NCBI GenBank assembly: GCA_965113315.1
Contig: OZ220379.1
Source of the DNA: Podarcis vaucheri
Lineage: Eukaryota
Length of the DNA stretch: 64,000 nucleotides
Strand: one strand, 5' to 3'
The notes under the pieces were generated by a model, which worked only from the letters and a program-made list of their open reading frames with translations, did not search any database and was not told the DNA's origin. Both the position numbers and the translations under genes were made by a program. How positions within the stretch are numbered: position 1 is the first letter of the stretch; every line of letters starts with the position of its first letter. Shown here piece by piece: positions 1-11,366 of this stretch.

Positions 1-1405
1 AAATAATCTGTTAGGAACCGATCTTCCTGCGATTGCATTCCCCAATCTTCCGATCCAGCCCATCCCCTGACATATATGATCCCTTCAACCCACCCAAGGC
101 AAAGCAGTATTATCTCCTGTAACCTGCACCATTGATCAGAGTCAGGGCAGATACTGCATTGCACATGAATGACAAGGATGCAAGACTCCATGAAGTGAAA
201 TCCCCCTCCAACTACAGAGTCCCAAGTCATGGAGCAATGCTGTCCGATGCTATTTCCAGAGCCCATTGCATGACGCTGACATAGCTCTGCATGGTGACAA
301 AAAGAAGCATGATTCCTTAGAAATCTTCAAAAGGTGTGGGTTGTTCAAATGATGAAATACCTATGCTGCAGTGTGTTTGGAAGATATTGGTTGTATACCA
401 AACAGCTCAGGGTAGAACCTCAATACACACATATAAGGGAGAAAGTCCAGTTGAACACAATCAGGACATTAGTGTGGAATAACGCACATTGAAGGAAAGA
501 TCAAACAGAGGCTTCCTTTGCCCAGACACCAACCTTTTAGCAAGAGACCCTTTAAAACAAAAAAGAACTAGGGGGGGGGAATTAAAAGGTTCTCCATAAG
601 GAACATGATATATTTACAGTAGGATGTGAATGTTTGAGGCCATAAGGTTGTAATAGGGCCAAGTGGGGGAGACCACTTCTCCCTCGTCACTGCTATAATA
701 TTTCAAACGGTGGATTATAATTTTTGGATGATGTTCAAAATGTACAAAATTCAAAGACTGATGACATAAGTCCTCTTCATCTACAGTTTCACTTAATAGG
801 CCCTGGCTGCATTACCCCCCCCCCCTCTCTCTCTCTTTTATAACTATATTATTTGCCTTCTTATTACTGTGCTTGGTAGTCAGTTCATTTGTAGAAAACC
901 TATCCCATTAGCAGTTTCATGACTTTATTACCAAGCTATTGTACTTTGCTGAGGTTTTAAATTTTATATATGAAAAAATATATTGGAACACTCATTGTTT
1001 GAAGCTTTTAATCAACCTCATTCATGTGCACGGGGGGGACGACACCCTTGCAAAGTGCTCAGTGTTCCGAATGCTTCCTTGAGTGCCGTGAAATAAAAGA
1101 CTAGCATTTAAAGGCACATGGTCGCATTTGCATACATTGTGCAGGTTAACCCTTTTGCATGGTGGTTCGTAGACTCCATCACTCAGCCAAAAACCCTTGC
1201 CCATGAAAGAATATTAAAAGAAAGATATTAGAAATCCCACTCCTGTTATTACAAGTGATTCAAGAGCTACTCCTGCTTGTAATTAGCTAAGAGCAGCTTG
1301 GGTTCAGGATAGCGTTAAGGACAACCTGAAGCCTTATATCCCAGATCAATCACTAAGAGCATCTAGAGACGGTCTGTTACCTGTCCCCCCATATTACAGA
1401 AGCCC

Positions 1406-1830
1406 AGCCACTGAATAGCTCAGTTGATAAGAGAATGGTGTTGATGATGCCAAGGTTGCAGGTTCAATCCCCACATGCATTGCGAGCGCTCCAGTTGGAG
1501 AACAGTCTTTACCAAAGGTGTCATGGGCTATGAAGACGCTCAAACTCGGGATGAAAGGGAGAAGAGTGCAAAGAGGAAGGCACACTTGGCAAACCCTCAT
1601 CATGATCAACTCCCACCCGGAAACCTATGTCCCCACTGTGGAAGGACGTGTGGATCCAGAATTGGCCTCCACGGTCACCTACGGATTCACTGTTAAAACT
1701 GTGTTTATGGAAGACAATCTTACTCAGCTACAAGTGATCGCCAAAGAAGAAGAAGCAGCATTGCAGGGGATTGGACTAGATGATCCTCAGGGTCCCTTCA
1801 GTTCTACAATTCATGACTCGATGATTCTAT
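1406..1830 (+). mobile_element. tRNA-derived SINE with a CR1-type tail (Squam2-like), interrupted by an RTE fragment
   Basis: A box TAGCTCAGTTGA and B box GGTTCAATCCC. The 3' part GGATTGGACTAGATGATCCTCAGGGTCCCTTC...ATGATTCTAT matches a CR1 3' end with ATTCTAT-type repeats. Confidence 0.7.
1484..1757 (+). mobile_element. RTE-clade LINE 3' end (5'-truncated)
   Basis: The ORF ends in the C2H2 motif CPHCGRTCGSRIGLHGHLRIHC, followed by a short 3'UTR and a (GAA)n tail. The direct repeat GCATTGC lies at 1477-1483 and 1758-1764. Confidence 0.8.
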
Positions 1831-2027
1831 AACTAGCCTCAACCAGAAGCCAGACCTTTAGAGTTGCCAGTGCTATCTTGCAGAGCACTCTTCCCACAGA
1901 GATTTGGCAGGCATGATTGCTTGTGACTTTGTGTCAACTCTTGAAGACATTTTGTATGCCAACAGGCCTCTGCAGCTGTTTGATACTTCTATGAGTGGCC
2001 AGTCATTTTAATAATTGTTTTATATGA

Positions 2028-2650
2028 TTTTTTTATTTATACCCCACCCTCCCCGGCCAAGATCGGGCACAGGGCCGCTAACATCAAATATCAAATACAT
2101 TAAAACACAATCAAACAATTGACTAAAATACAGCTTAAAAATTAGAATCAGGATAAAATTAAATGACTGCCCACAAATTAAAACCATAGGGGTCGGGAAC
2201 CTCAAGTATTCACGAGGGCCAGCTATCCATGTTGGTCCCACATGAGCCAATAAAAGAGCCAAAGAGGTAACTTACAGGGTCCCATAGAGGGGGGTCAAAC
2301 AGGGCCCAGACTGAAGGCGAGATGGAACAGCCAGTGTGGTGTAGTGGTTAAGAGTGGTATTCTCGTAATTTGGTGAACCGGGTTCGCTTCCCCGCTCCTC
2401 CACATGCAGCTGCTGGGTGTCCTTGGACTAGTCACACTTCTCTTAAGTCTCTCAGCCTCACTCACCTCACAGAGTGTTTGTTGTGGGGGAGGAAGAGAAA
2501 GGAGATTGTTAGTCACTTTGAGAACTCCTTAGGGTAGTGATAAAGTGGGATATCAAATCCAAACTCTTCTTCTTCTTCTTGCAGGCCCTGCGGAAGAATG
2601 TCAAGTCCTGCAGGGCCCTGGTCTCCTGCAATAATGCGTTCCACCAGGCA
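2028..2650 (-). mobile_element. L2-type LINE 3' end, interrupted by a Squam3-like SINE
   Basis: Has the TTTATTTATACCCC terminus typical of the L2 tails in this window. The sequence resumes after the SINE with GCAGGCCCTGCGG...GCGTTCCACCAGGC. Confidence 0.5.
2328..2580 (+). mobile_element. Squam3-like tRNA-derived SINE
   Basis: AGCCAGTGTGGTGTAGTGGTTAAGAG head (A box), GGTTCGCTTCCC B box and (CTT)n tail. Near-identical to the copies at 42116 and 60756. Confidence 0.85.
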
Positions 2651-2833
2651 TAGCAAATGTCATTTTAATACCTCAATTTTCATGGAAGGCATCATGTTGC
2701 AAACTAACAAAATGCTGAACAGGCAACTTAAAGAAGGGCCTCGTTTTATTTGGCCAACAAAATGAAAGCTGGAAGTCCCCAAGAAGTGATGGGCATGAAG
2801 CTTAGGAAATACACTGGCCACTTGCAGTGATAG

Positions 2834-3185
2834 GTAAAGGTAAAGGGACCCCTGACCGTTAGGTCCAGTTGTGGCCGACTCTGGGGTTGCGGTGCTCATC
2901 TCGCTTTATTGGCCAAGGGAGCCGGCGTACAGCTTCTGGGTCATGTGGCCAGCATGACTAAGCCGCTTCTGGCGAACCAGAGCAGCACACAGAAACGCCA
3001 TTTACCTTCCCGCCAGAGCGGTACCTATTTATGTACTTGCACTTTGACGTGCTTTCAAACTGCTAGGTTGGCAGGAGCAGGGACTGAGCAACGGGAGCTC
3101 ACCCCGTCGGGGGATTCGAACCGCCGACCTTCCAATCGGCAAGTCCTAGGCTCTGTGGTTTAACCCACAGTGCCACCCGTTTCCC
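2834..3185 (-). mobile_element. Sauria SINE (Squam1), full length
   Basis: tRNA-like head with GGTTCGAATCC B box and an (ACCTTT)n tail. The 11-bp TSD TGCAGTGATAG lies at 2823-2833 and 3186-3196. Confidence 0.93.
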
Positions 3186-4858
3186 TGCAGTGATAGATTC
3201 CCTACTAATATTCATTATGCATTCCTGTCAGTATGGATCCTTATCTAAACAAAATGGCAGCACCCATGCACACAGGAGAAGCATTAGCAGGTTCGGGAGA
3301 AACTGGAGGTTTGCAGAAGCACGCGCGCACGCACACACACACACACACACAAAATCATTAAAATCAAAATTCAGGTGGGAAAATAGCTCAGTGAGGACTG
3401 GGCACCCCGAGTGGTCATAGGACGCTGATTGTTCAGAAGTGGGTGTGAAAAGGGGGCTAAGGGTAGAATGGAATGCTGAACACGAGCCCTCTGTGCTGCA
3501 ACATTCTGCTGCAGGTACTACTTGTCTAGTACAATTGCTATAATTACACATATATACCTGCCCTTTCCCCTTGCCTCCCCCCCTCACTCCACCCGCCATG
3601 TGAGTGCCATTGAGCCGAGCGTAAGGGAGAATGGAGAATCTCTCTGGCTGCAAACATGAGTGGCACATCTTGTTTCTGCCTCTGAAAGGAATGCAAATTC
3701 TTGGCATTGCTGGTGCCTGCCTTCTTTCTTATCAGGAGGTGGTATGCTACGATGGCTGAACTGGTGACATGGCACGGTGAAGACGGAGGCTTGAGTTGGG
3801 GAGAGGCTCTTTTCCCAGGCCCTGGGCTAAGGGAGGTGGACGTTCCCAAAGAGCAGTTTGGTTGGGGGGAGGCTGGGTGGGACGATGGGGGCACATTAAG
3901 TAGCAGATGCTCTCTGTCTCCTGAGCAAAGCTGCTATAATCAGCATACAACATTCTGCTAGACAATCCGCGGCTCTGCTGGAGGAGTGGGGGGCGGAGGG
4001 GAGCCTTTTAGTTCAGTGCATAAATGTAAGAGGATTGTCAGACTGGGTTTGCAGTAGTCTATCAGGCTAAAAATATCCTCCAAGTTTAAAGCAAAGCATT
4101 GTTTAGGCCTTAATGAAGGCAACAGAATTTTAACAACAGAAGTTCTGTTCATCCGTTCCACACACCCCTCCCGGCCGCCACCTCCCTCCCTCGTGCTCTC
4201 CCAACCACCACATTCAGTTCCTCTACCCCCGCACCTGCTTCCAGTTTTGGCTTCTTGGCAATGATGCTTAGAGAGACATCAGCTGGCAGCTTCGAACAGC
4301 TAAAAGCTCCCCTGCAATGCAGCGTCGCAAGCGTCAGCCTTTAATTCACTGGCACATGCCAGCTTAACCCAAGGACTTTCTCCCTATCTCTTAGCATCGC
4401 TCAGGTTCGCCTTGCGAAATGGCAGCAAATGATTCAAGCGGTGGCTTATCTTAAGACCTGGCCATATCTGTTCACCAGTGGCGGTGGCAGTACGGCTGCT
4501 GCCGCTGTTGTTGCCTCATCCCGATGACATTACAGGGTACATAAAACCAGAATGCCGTTTCTTCTTGATTGCTATTGGATGGCAAAGGGGTTTGCTCTTT
4601 CGCTCAGCAGATGGTGGGATAAGTGACGCTTTCTGCATTCAAGGCACTTCTTTTCTATCTCGGCTCTTTGGGAGCTGGGCAGCACTCACAATGCTAAAGG
4701 GGAATACTTAGGGAACAGATTTGTTGTTGTGCTCGGAAGCATTTAAGCGGGGTTTTCAGACATGCTATGTAGTTGTTCTTAAAATGGAATTTTCACATTG
4801 GGAGCTCTTTCAAACATCAGGTGTGAGGTCACAATGCTGGTGTACTGTGCACCCTAGG

Positions 4859-4859
4859 C

Positions 4860-4897
<38 letters not shown>
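4859..4897. repeat. (AAT)n microsatellite
   Basis: Direct reading. A second (AAT)n block is at 5074-5103. Confidence 0.95.
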
Positions 4898-4900
<3 letters not shown>

Positions 4901-5072
4901 TTCCTTCCAGTAGCACCTTAAAGACCAACTAAGTTAGTTCTTGGTATGAGCTTTCGTGTGCATGCACACGAAAGCTCATACCAAGAACTAACTTAGTTGG
5001 TCTTTAAGGTGCTACTGGAAGGATTTTTTTTATTTTGACTATGGCAGACCAACACGGCTACCTATCTGTAAC

Positions 5073-5073
<1 letters not shown>
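4898..5073 (+). mobile_element. Penelope-like element terminal (pLTR) fragment with an inverted duplication
   Basis: Perfect palindrome at 4902-5023, followed by TTTTGACTATGGCAGACCAACACGGCTACC. Contains GTGTGCATGCACAC-GAAA-GCTC-ATACC, the 3' half of a minimal hammerhead motif typical of Penelope pLTRs. Confidence 0.75.
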
Positions 5074-5103
<30 letters not shown>

Positions 5104-6580
5104 TTATTTATACCCCGCCTATCAGAAGAACCATGGGAGATGATTCTGTCCAGACAAGGGCCACAGCACTCCCCAGGTGCAATCCATTGGGGCAGTTACC
5201 CCTTGATGTAGCTCAGGGAATCTTTCATTTCCATTTGACCCCAAAACACAAGTTCTTCTGGCTGGTGGGCCGGAAGGGGTGGACTCTACCCAATGCCTAT
5301 GCCAAACCTCTAACACCTGTTGTCAATAAAGTCATACTGTCAGTAAAGATTAGGAGGGAATGCCTTGCCACACAGTGCTTCATGAATTTGGGCTGCCAGG
5401 TAGAGCTTTAAAATGGAGCCCATCGAAGCAGTCGAGACTGTGGCGTTCATCGCCAGTATGTACTGCAAGTGTGCGCCTTCCATACTGCTGTTGGCAACTT
5501 TGGTTCTCTCCTCTCGTACATTAAGGTAATTCTTCGAGGATCTTTCAATGGACACATGATGAAGTGCAAATGGTGCCACAAACAAATAAATGGGTGGCAG
5601 CAGGCTGTAGGTTCACAAGACAGAGGAAAAGCTATTTGCATCTCCCTCTCAGGCACTGGAGTTTATATCCATGGTGTTACACACCAGTGGGCATGCACCC
5701 TGTCTTCCTGCGTTGTTAATGATCTACCATCTGGGGAGCTGATTTAGATTGCAATTTTCACAAGCTCCGCGAGGAGAGCAGCTCCGTAAATCTCAAGACT
5801 TTGACCCAGCCTACAGATACAGGCTCAGAATAAAAGACTCAGGACTCTGAGCATAGTTGAGAGCATTCAGACATTTTAGGAATTCAGAAAGTTTGTAAAA
5901 ACAAAATGAACATGGGCCTGAAATCTGCCTACATTTCAGAATAGCAGACAGCTTGCTGAGCACAATTCCAGCTATCTCAATGCACTGAGCAGCCAATTCA
6001 TGCCGTCATTCCTATACAGCCACATTTCATCTCTTGTTCTGCAGCCTCTCTCGTCATGCTAGTCAAATAAAACCAGTGCAAGGATGACATCATCAGGCTT
6101 CACAGCCAATCCTGACCCTCATCAGACGAACACAGATCCTTACCTATTTTGCTTATGCCTCTCTCCTGCAGCTCTTTCGGTGGAATATGTTAGTGTTAAT
6201 TGTTTTGTTATCTGTAAGGGGGAAAATATATTAAAACCTGGCAGAAGAAGATTCCCACCCTCATCTCAGACCAATCTGCTCGCACAGAGACCAAAAACAG
6301 TGAAGGAAGCCGTGCCTTTCTTTTGTAACCCACCTTCTTTAAAAGTTTGTGTGGTATTAAAATGTGTAAGAGGCAGAAATCTGACAACCACAACATTTTG
6401 AAATTTACAATGCTAGCTCAGCTTGTCAGTTGCTTGCTGACAGGCACTTTCTTGGGTTTGGTTTTTTGAGTCACTCGACTCCTGTCAGACAAAAAGCCCA
6501 TCATTCTTTTCAGTGTGTGTTAATTATACCTGCATTTATTCATTTATTTTAGTGAGAGCTTTCCTTTTAGTGAGAGACAC

Positions 6581-6726
6581 CACGTCCCTATTTTCATTGA
6601 AGAAATGTTGGAGGGTATGATACAGATGAGCAGGGAATGGAAACATTCTGGGATCAAATCAGAAGCTAGGACGCCATCTGTAAATCCAGGACTGTCCCTG
6701 GAAAATAGGGACGCTTGGAGGGTCTG
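6581..6726. mobile_element. Fragments of a non-autonomous DNA-transposon-like repeat (family also at 43725-43810 and 46639-46933)
   Basis: Shared motif GGATCAAATCAGAA...TAAATCCAGGACTGTCCCTGG...CTTGGAGGGTCTG, with terminus CATACCCTCCAAC / TTGGAGGGT(A/C)TG. Confidence 0.55.
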
Positions 6727-7945
6727 CTACATGCTATTTGAGAAATATATAGGTGGAAATAGTCATGGTGAAAACTATGCACAATCTTTCACCAAGACAC
6801 AGCTCATATATAACCAGATTGCAGAACCCATTTCCCATGTTGTTGGTTCTCCCCTAGAGATAAATCCTGGGTGATGTTTTTCTATTTTATTTTTTGCATA
6901 ATTTCAGATGATGGTGTGCTCTTTTTTTTTGAAAAAAGTAAATGAACGGATAGGCAGCCCTTAATTATGCTCTTGAGCTAACCCAGGAAAAAAAATATAA
7001 ATTAGACCCATTTGCCATTTGTATTATCTGGAAAGTCAGGATGGTATGGCAAGCCCTTAGACCTATATCATTCAGCTGTAAGAGAGAGCAGATCAGCCCG
7101 AGACAATGCTGTCTTTCCGAGTAACATATTGATTTCCCAAAGTGCTTTGGAGAAAGAGGGAATCCATAATAACTTAGCACTTACCGCACGCAGCATTTTA
7201 CATCTCCAAGGCACGGCACAAATAGATGGCATTTAAAGATATAAAAATGAGCAGAGCTGCTCTCAGTATATAAATGTGTGCTTAAAGCGAGCTTGCATTG
7301 CTATATAGCCTTGCGTAGAGAAGTCGGGAGGTTATTGAGGAAGGACAGTAATGAATGTCGGGGTTTTCAAACATGCAGGAAACAAGTGCAGTTCACAATA
7401 TCCACACAAATCAGAAGTTATACAGCCATTGTTCTGGAAACCAAACAGCAGTAAACCTCTTTAACCTGTAGTAAAGCATAGCAAAAGAAAGAAAAAGAAT
7501 CTGTAAAACCGTGATGTAGGACCATGCACTAGGCTTTGGCCAAAATCCTATTAGACTTTATATATTTCAGATTCCAAGCATTCCACCATGGTGTCAGACA
7601 GTATATATATTTTAATTTCCTTCCATAAAACCTGGTACAAGAGTAAAGGCAGAGTTTCCCCTGACTCAGTGAACTATCTCTGAACTCCCCCTGCAAGGCA
7701 GGGTATTTCTGTAGACTCTCATTCTCACACCTCCTTGGGAGAGCAGCTCTTCTTAGAAGGGAGAAGAAAGGCAGAATGTTGTTGTGCTCTTTGTCAGCCC
7801 AGAGAAAACCATATGGCTTGTGCTGTGTACACTGTCTTCAACACCTATCCCAAAGGATCCACATTTCTCCCTGCAGTGGAGCCTTGGGTATTTCTTGGAG
7901 GAAATGTGCACTCATAAACACATCCTTGATTGGACAGCAACATCT

Positions 7946-8007
7946 GCATCGGCTGCCCGTTTGCTTCCAGGCACAATTCAAAGTGTTGGTGATCGCCTTT
8001 AAAGTCT
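7946..8007 (+). mobile_element. Short L2 RT C-terminal fragment
   Basis: Translates LHRLPVCFQAQFKVLVIAFKV, compared with LHWLPVRFRAQFKVLVLTFKA in the intact L2. Confidence 0.7.
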
Positions 8008-8025
8008 TTGGGGCCAATGGGCCAA

Positions 8026-8392
8026 TGGTATCTAACACCAAGTAGACTTGTTAAGATGTATAAGACGGAATCAGATAAGTGTTAGAGATGCAATGAGACT
8101 GAGGGTATGTTCTATCATATGTGGCAGACCTGTAAAATGGTAAAAGAGTATTGGGAAATAATTCATAATGAATTGAAAAAAGTACTTTTCAAAAAAACAA
8201 CAACCAGAATCCGTTTTGTTGGGGATAATCAGATAGAAATTCCCAGTTGTCAGAAAAGGTTATTTACATATGCCACTACTGCGGCTCGTGTTTTGTTAGC
8301 GCAAAAATTGAAAACAAGCAAAGTCACAACCAAAAAAGAATTGCAACTTAAACTGATGGAATATGCGCAGCTTGCAGACCTAACATATAGAA
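8026..8392 (+). mobile_element. L1/Tx1-clade LINE ORF2 C-terminal fragment (degenerate)
   Basis: WYLTPSRLVKMYKTESDKC*RCNETEGMFYHMWQTCKMVKEYWEII...YATTAARVLLAQK is the Cys/His knuckle region of L1-type ORF2, here with an in-frame stop. Confidence 0.75.
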
Positions 8393-8500
8393 CAGGGATC
8401 GGCAACCTAAGGCCTATGGGCCACAAGCGGCCCAATGGGGTCGTTTAACCAGTGCACAAGCCGCCCCTGAACTGAGCCGCCTGCTCGGTGAGTCCTCACA
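8393..8500. mobile_element. Partial hAT MITE (same family as 11004-11366)
   Basis: CAGGGATCGGCAACCTAAGGCCTATGGGCC matches the reverse complement of the right end of the 11004 element. Confidence 0.65.
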
Positions 8501-8684
8501 AGAAAGGGAACGCCTTATATTTGTGTATTTTTTCTTCCCCCCCTCCAATTTTAAAGGTGCAGCTTATATTCAGGTGCAGCTTATACTCGGACCAATATGG
8601 TAGTTGTTTTATATCTTGATTTTATTCTGTGAACCGCCCTGAGACCCCCAGGTATAGGGTGGTATACAAATTCAATAATTAACA

Positions 8685-8880
8685 ATGATTCCCTTGACAT
8701 CGGAAGGGAGGGCATTCCACAGGGCAGGCGCCACCACCGAGAAGGCCCCCTGCCTGGTTCCCTTTAACTTCGCTTCTCACAGTGAGGGAACCGCCAGAAG
8801 GCCCTCGGAGCTGGACCTCAGTGTCCGGGCAGAACGATGGGGGTGGAGACGCTCCTTCAGGTATACAGGGCAGAGGCCGT
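8685..8880 (-). mobile_element. L2 LINE fragment
   Basis: Highly similar to 38340-38532 of the intact L2. Confidence 0.85.
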
Positions 8881-9535
8881 ATACCACTTTCTCATGGGTC
8901 ATGTTATTGCTTCTGAAGACCAAATGCAAATACTGTCAGAGAAGAGACAGGTACAGCGGAAGGAGAGAGAGAATTCCTAAGGGAGGGGGGAGAAGCAGTT
9001 AGCCACAGGAATTCAACCTTTGTACACAGAAAAACGGAGAAATACAGAGAAGAAGGAATTCAGTTGCAAAGTTCAGATAGTGACACAGAAATACGGGGGG
9101 GGGGGTGCAATCCCTCTGATCTTGTAGACTCACAAGATTAGCCAAGAAGCACGAAACGGACAGGAAGAGAGGGTGGCATTTCTCCTGTTGGGGGGGAAGG
9201 CAACTGTGTCATCGGAGGAAGACTGAAATTAGCGGAGTTCCAACCGGGGCTTTTTGTTGAACCAATAAATCTTAGATAATTAACTGCTGGCGGCGTCTCG
9301 TGTGTGTGGGAAAGACCCAAGCCTTACAGATACCATGCCTGGAGTTTTTAAAATGATCTGATAGTAGATTGCAATATTCTGCAGTGGCCTCCATGAAACC
9401 TCATTTTAGCACATGGTTAGAATCTCAAGGCACCAATCGTCCTTTACTGCCTCCTTCTTCCTGCTGCAATTCCCAACTTCAGTTCCTTCAAGGGTACATG
9501 GGATGGGATAAAGTTAAACCTTTTAAAAAGAATTA

Positions 9536-9761
9536 CAGTGGTACCTCAGGTTACATACGCTTCAGGTTACAGACTCTGCTAACCCAGAAATAGTGCTTCA
9601 GGTTAAGAACTTTGCTTCCGGATGAGAACAGAAATTGTGCTCCGGCGGTGCGGCGGCAGCAGGAGGCCCCATTACCTAAAGTGGTGCTTCAGGTTAAGAA
9701 CAGTTTCAAGTTAAGTACGGACCTCCGGAATGAATTAAGTACTTAACCCGAGGTACCACTG
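9536..9761. mobile_element. Tc1/mariner (Tigger/pogo-like) MITE, family A
   Basis: TIR CAGTGGTACCTC(A/G)GGTTA with TA on both sides. Five copies of this family occur in the window. Confidence 0.9.
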
Positions 9762-11003
9762 TATCTCATTTACTGGTCTTTAAGACCACAATAACTATAC
9801 TTCATGAAGTATAGTGAAGTGTTGGATTTCTGCCTCTAAATCTTTGGCAACAGTCATCTTCTCTCTCTCTCTTTTAAAAAAGCCACATTTCAAATATTTC
9901 AAGTCAGTCATTTAAAAAGAAAAAAAACAGTTTGTAATAACTCTAGCCTCATGCTGCAGAACATGACCCAGCATTCTTTATGGAATATGCTGCACATTTA
10001 GAATAAGGTTCCACACATATCTCATGCCACAACCCCTCTTTACAGAGTTGAACCTCCTGTGCAAAACATTCATAACTCTTTGCCACTCTTCATTTTTTTT
10101 GTCAGCTACACAGGGATGTGTGCCTAATTTCCTCACCTAGATCACATTTCCAAATTTTCATCCCAGAAAAGAAGTAAGACCTGCCAAAATGTGGAGCCTC
10201 GTTGTCAGACTAACCTTTGGGAATGTCATGGTGCAAGTTCAGAGTCTGACTAAGCACCCATTAAGCTAAACTTTGGAAGCCTTAGAAAGCCCATTGACCA
10301 AAATCCAGCTAAATTTAGTTGTGACTAAGTTCTGTGCAAGCAAAAAGGGACTTCAGGTTAATTGTGACTCAATTGTTCCATGGGTTTCGGTGAGTATTAG
10401 TCATTAATAACTCCGGACGTCTTGTGGAGTTGGGGTTTTGGTTATGATAAACCTATCTCCACTTGGGTATGAGTGTTTAGCCCACCTCCCCCAGTGATTT
10501 TGCTTCATTCAAATTTGGAAGCACAAACAGCTGTTTTAAGCAAAAAAATCAAAAAGATGGGACATCTGATCTCGCCTTGCATATAGTTTGGCCCTTCATG
10601 ATAGAATTTGGTACGGAATATTATTTAAACGTCAGCACAATAGAAGACATTCATTGAACTAGTGCCCCCCTGCTGTGGAAATATAGCCTATGTAAATAGC
10701 CCGTATTGTTCCAGATTCACCAAGAATCTGGTGAATTGCTGTAGGAATTGCTAGGAATTGCTATAAAGTAGGATGAAACATATGCAGTCACTTAGCCTTG
10801 TCATCCTCCTGGAAATGTTAAATGGGTGTTGCTAGCAGGAGCTGCAAATGCATATTGATTTTGTATAAGCACCTTGGACAGACCAGGATCAGTAAATGAT
10901 GATTTGTGGCAAAATTAGCGTTTCTTTTTTTCCCTGAAGGCGCACAAAAAGTTAGGTTATCAAACAGTTACATGATATAGCTGAAATTTCAGTTGCTCTA
11001 GCC

Positions 11004-11366
11004 CAGGGGTCGGCAAGGCTTACCGGGCATGGGCCGGATCACTCCCACGGAGATCCTCTGTGGGCCGGGCTAGCGCAGCGTGACGCCGGAAATTGCGTCT
11101 TCACATGTCCACATTGCCGGAAATCGCTTCTGCACATGCCCAGACACAAAAAATTGTGCCTGCGCAGATGCGATTTCCAGCATCTGGGCCTGCACAGAAG
11201 TGATTTCCGGAGCCGCGGAAGATAGTCCCCGCGTTGCGCTGCACTGGTCTAGCACAGCGCATGGGGACTCGCCAAGCAAGCAGCTCGGTTTGGGGGAGCT
11301 CATGGGCCAGTTAAGCAACCCTCATGGGCCGCTTCCGGCCCATGGGCCTTAGGTTGCTAACCCCTG
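11004..11366. mobile_element. hAT (Charlie-like) MITE
   Basis: TIRs CAGGGGTCGGCAA / TTGCTAACCCCTG. Perfect 8-bp TSD CTCTAGCC at 10996-11003 and 11367-11374. Internal CGGAAATCGC / TGCGCATG-like repeats. Confidence 0.9.

Larger units (their letters stand above)
1318..1968 (+). mobile_element. Old, degraded L2 LINE 3' ORF fragment split in two (about 1318-1400 and 1835-1968) by a SINE insertion
   Basis: The flanks resemble the L2 C-terminus seen intact at 38273-38520 (RSLRAS..GLLPVP, then AFSV....LWNSLP.EIRQ-like sequence). Boundaries are approximate. Confidence 0.5.

Noticed and set aside
1-286. Minus-strand frame open for about 94 codons to the window edge after a CAG
   Set aside because: No recognisable protein, and the length is within chance expectation.
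1406-1475. tRNA gene
   Set aside because: The A and B boxes belong to a SINE head followed by a CR1-like tail, and there is no complete cloverleaf. The same applies to the Sauria and Squam3 heads.
10660-10678. CTCF-like motif AGTGCCCCCCTGCTG
   Set aside because: An extra C breaks the register of the core consensus.
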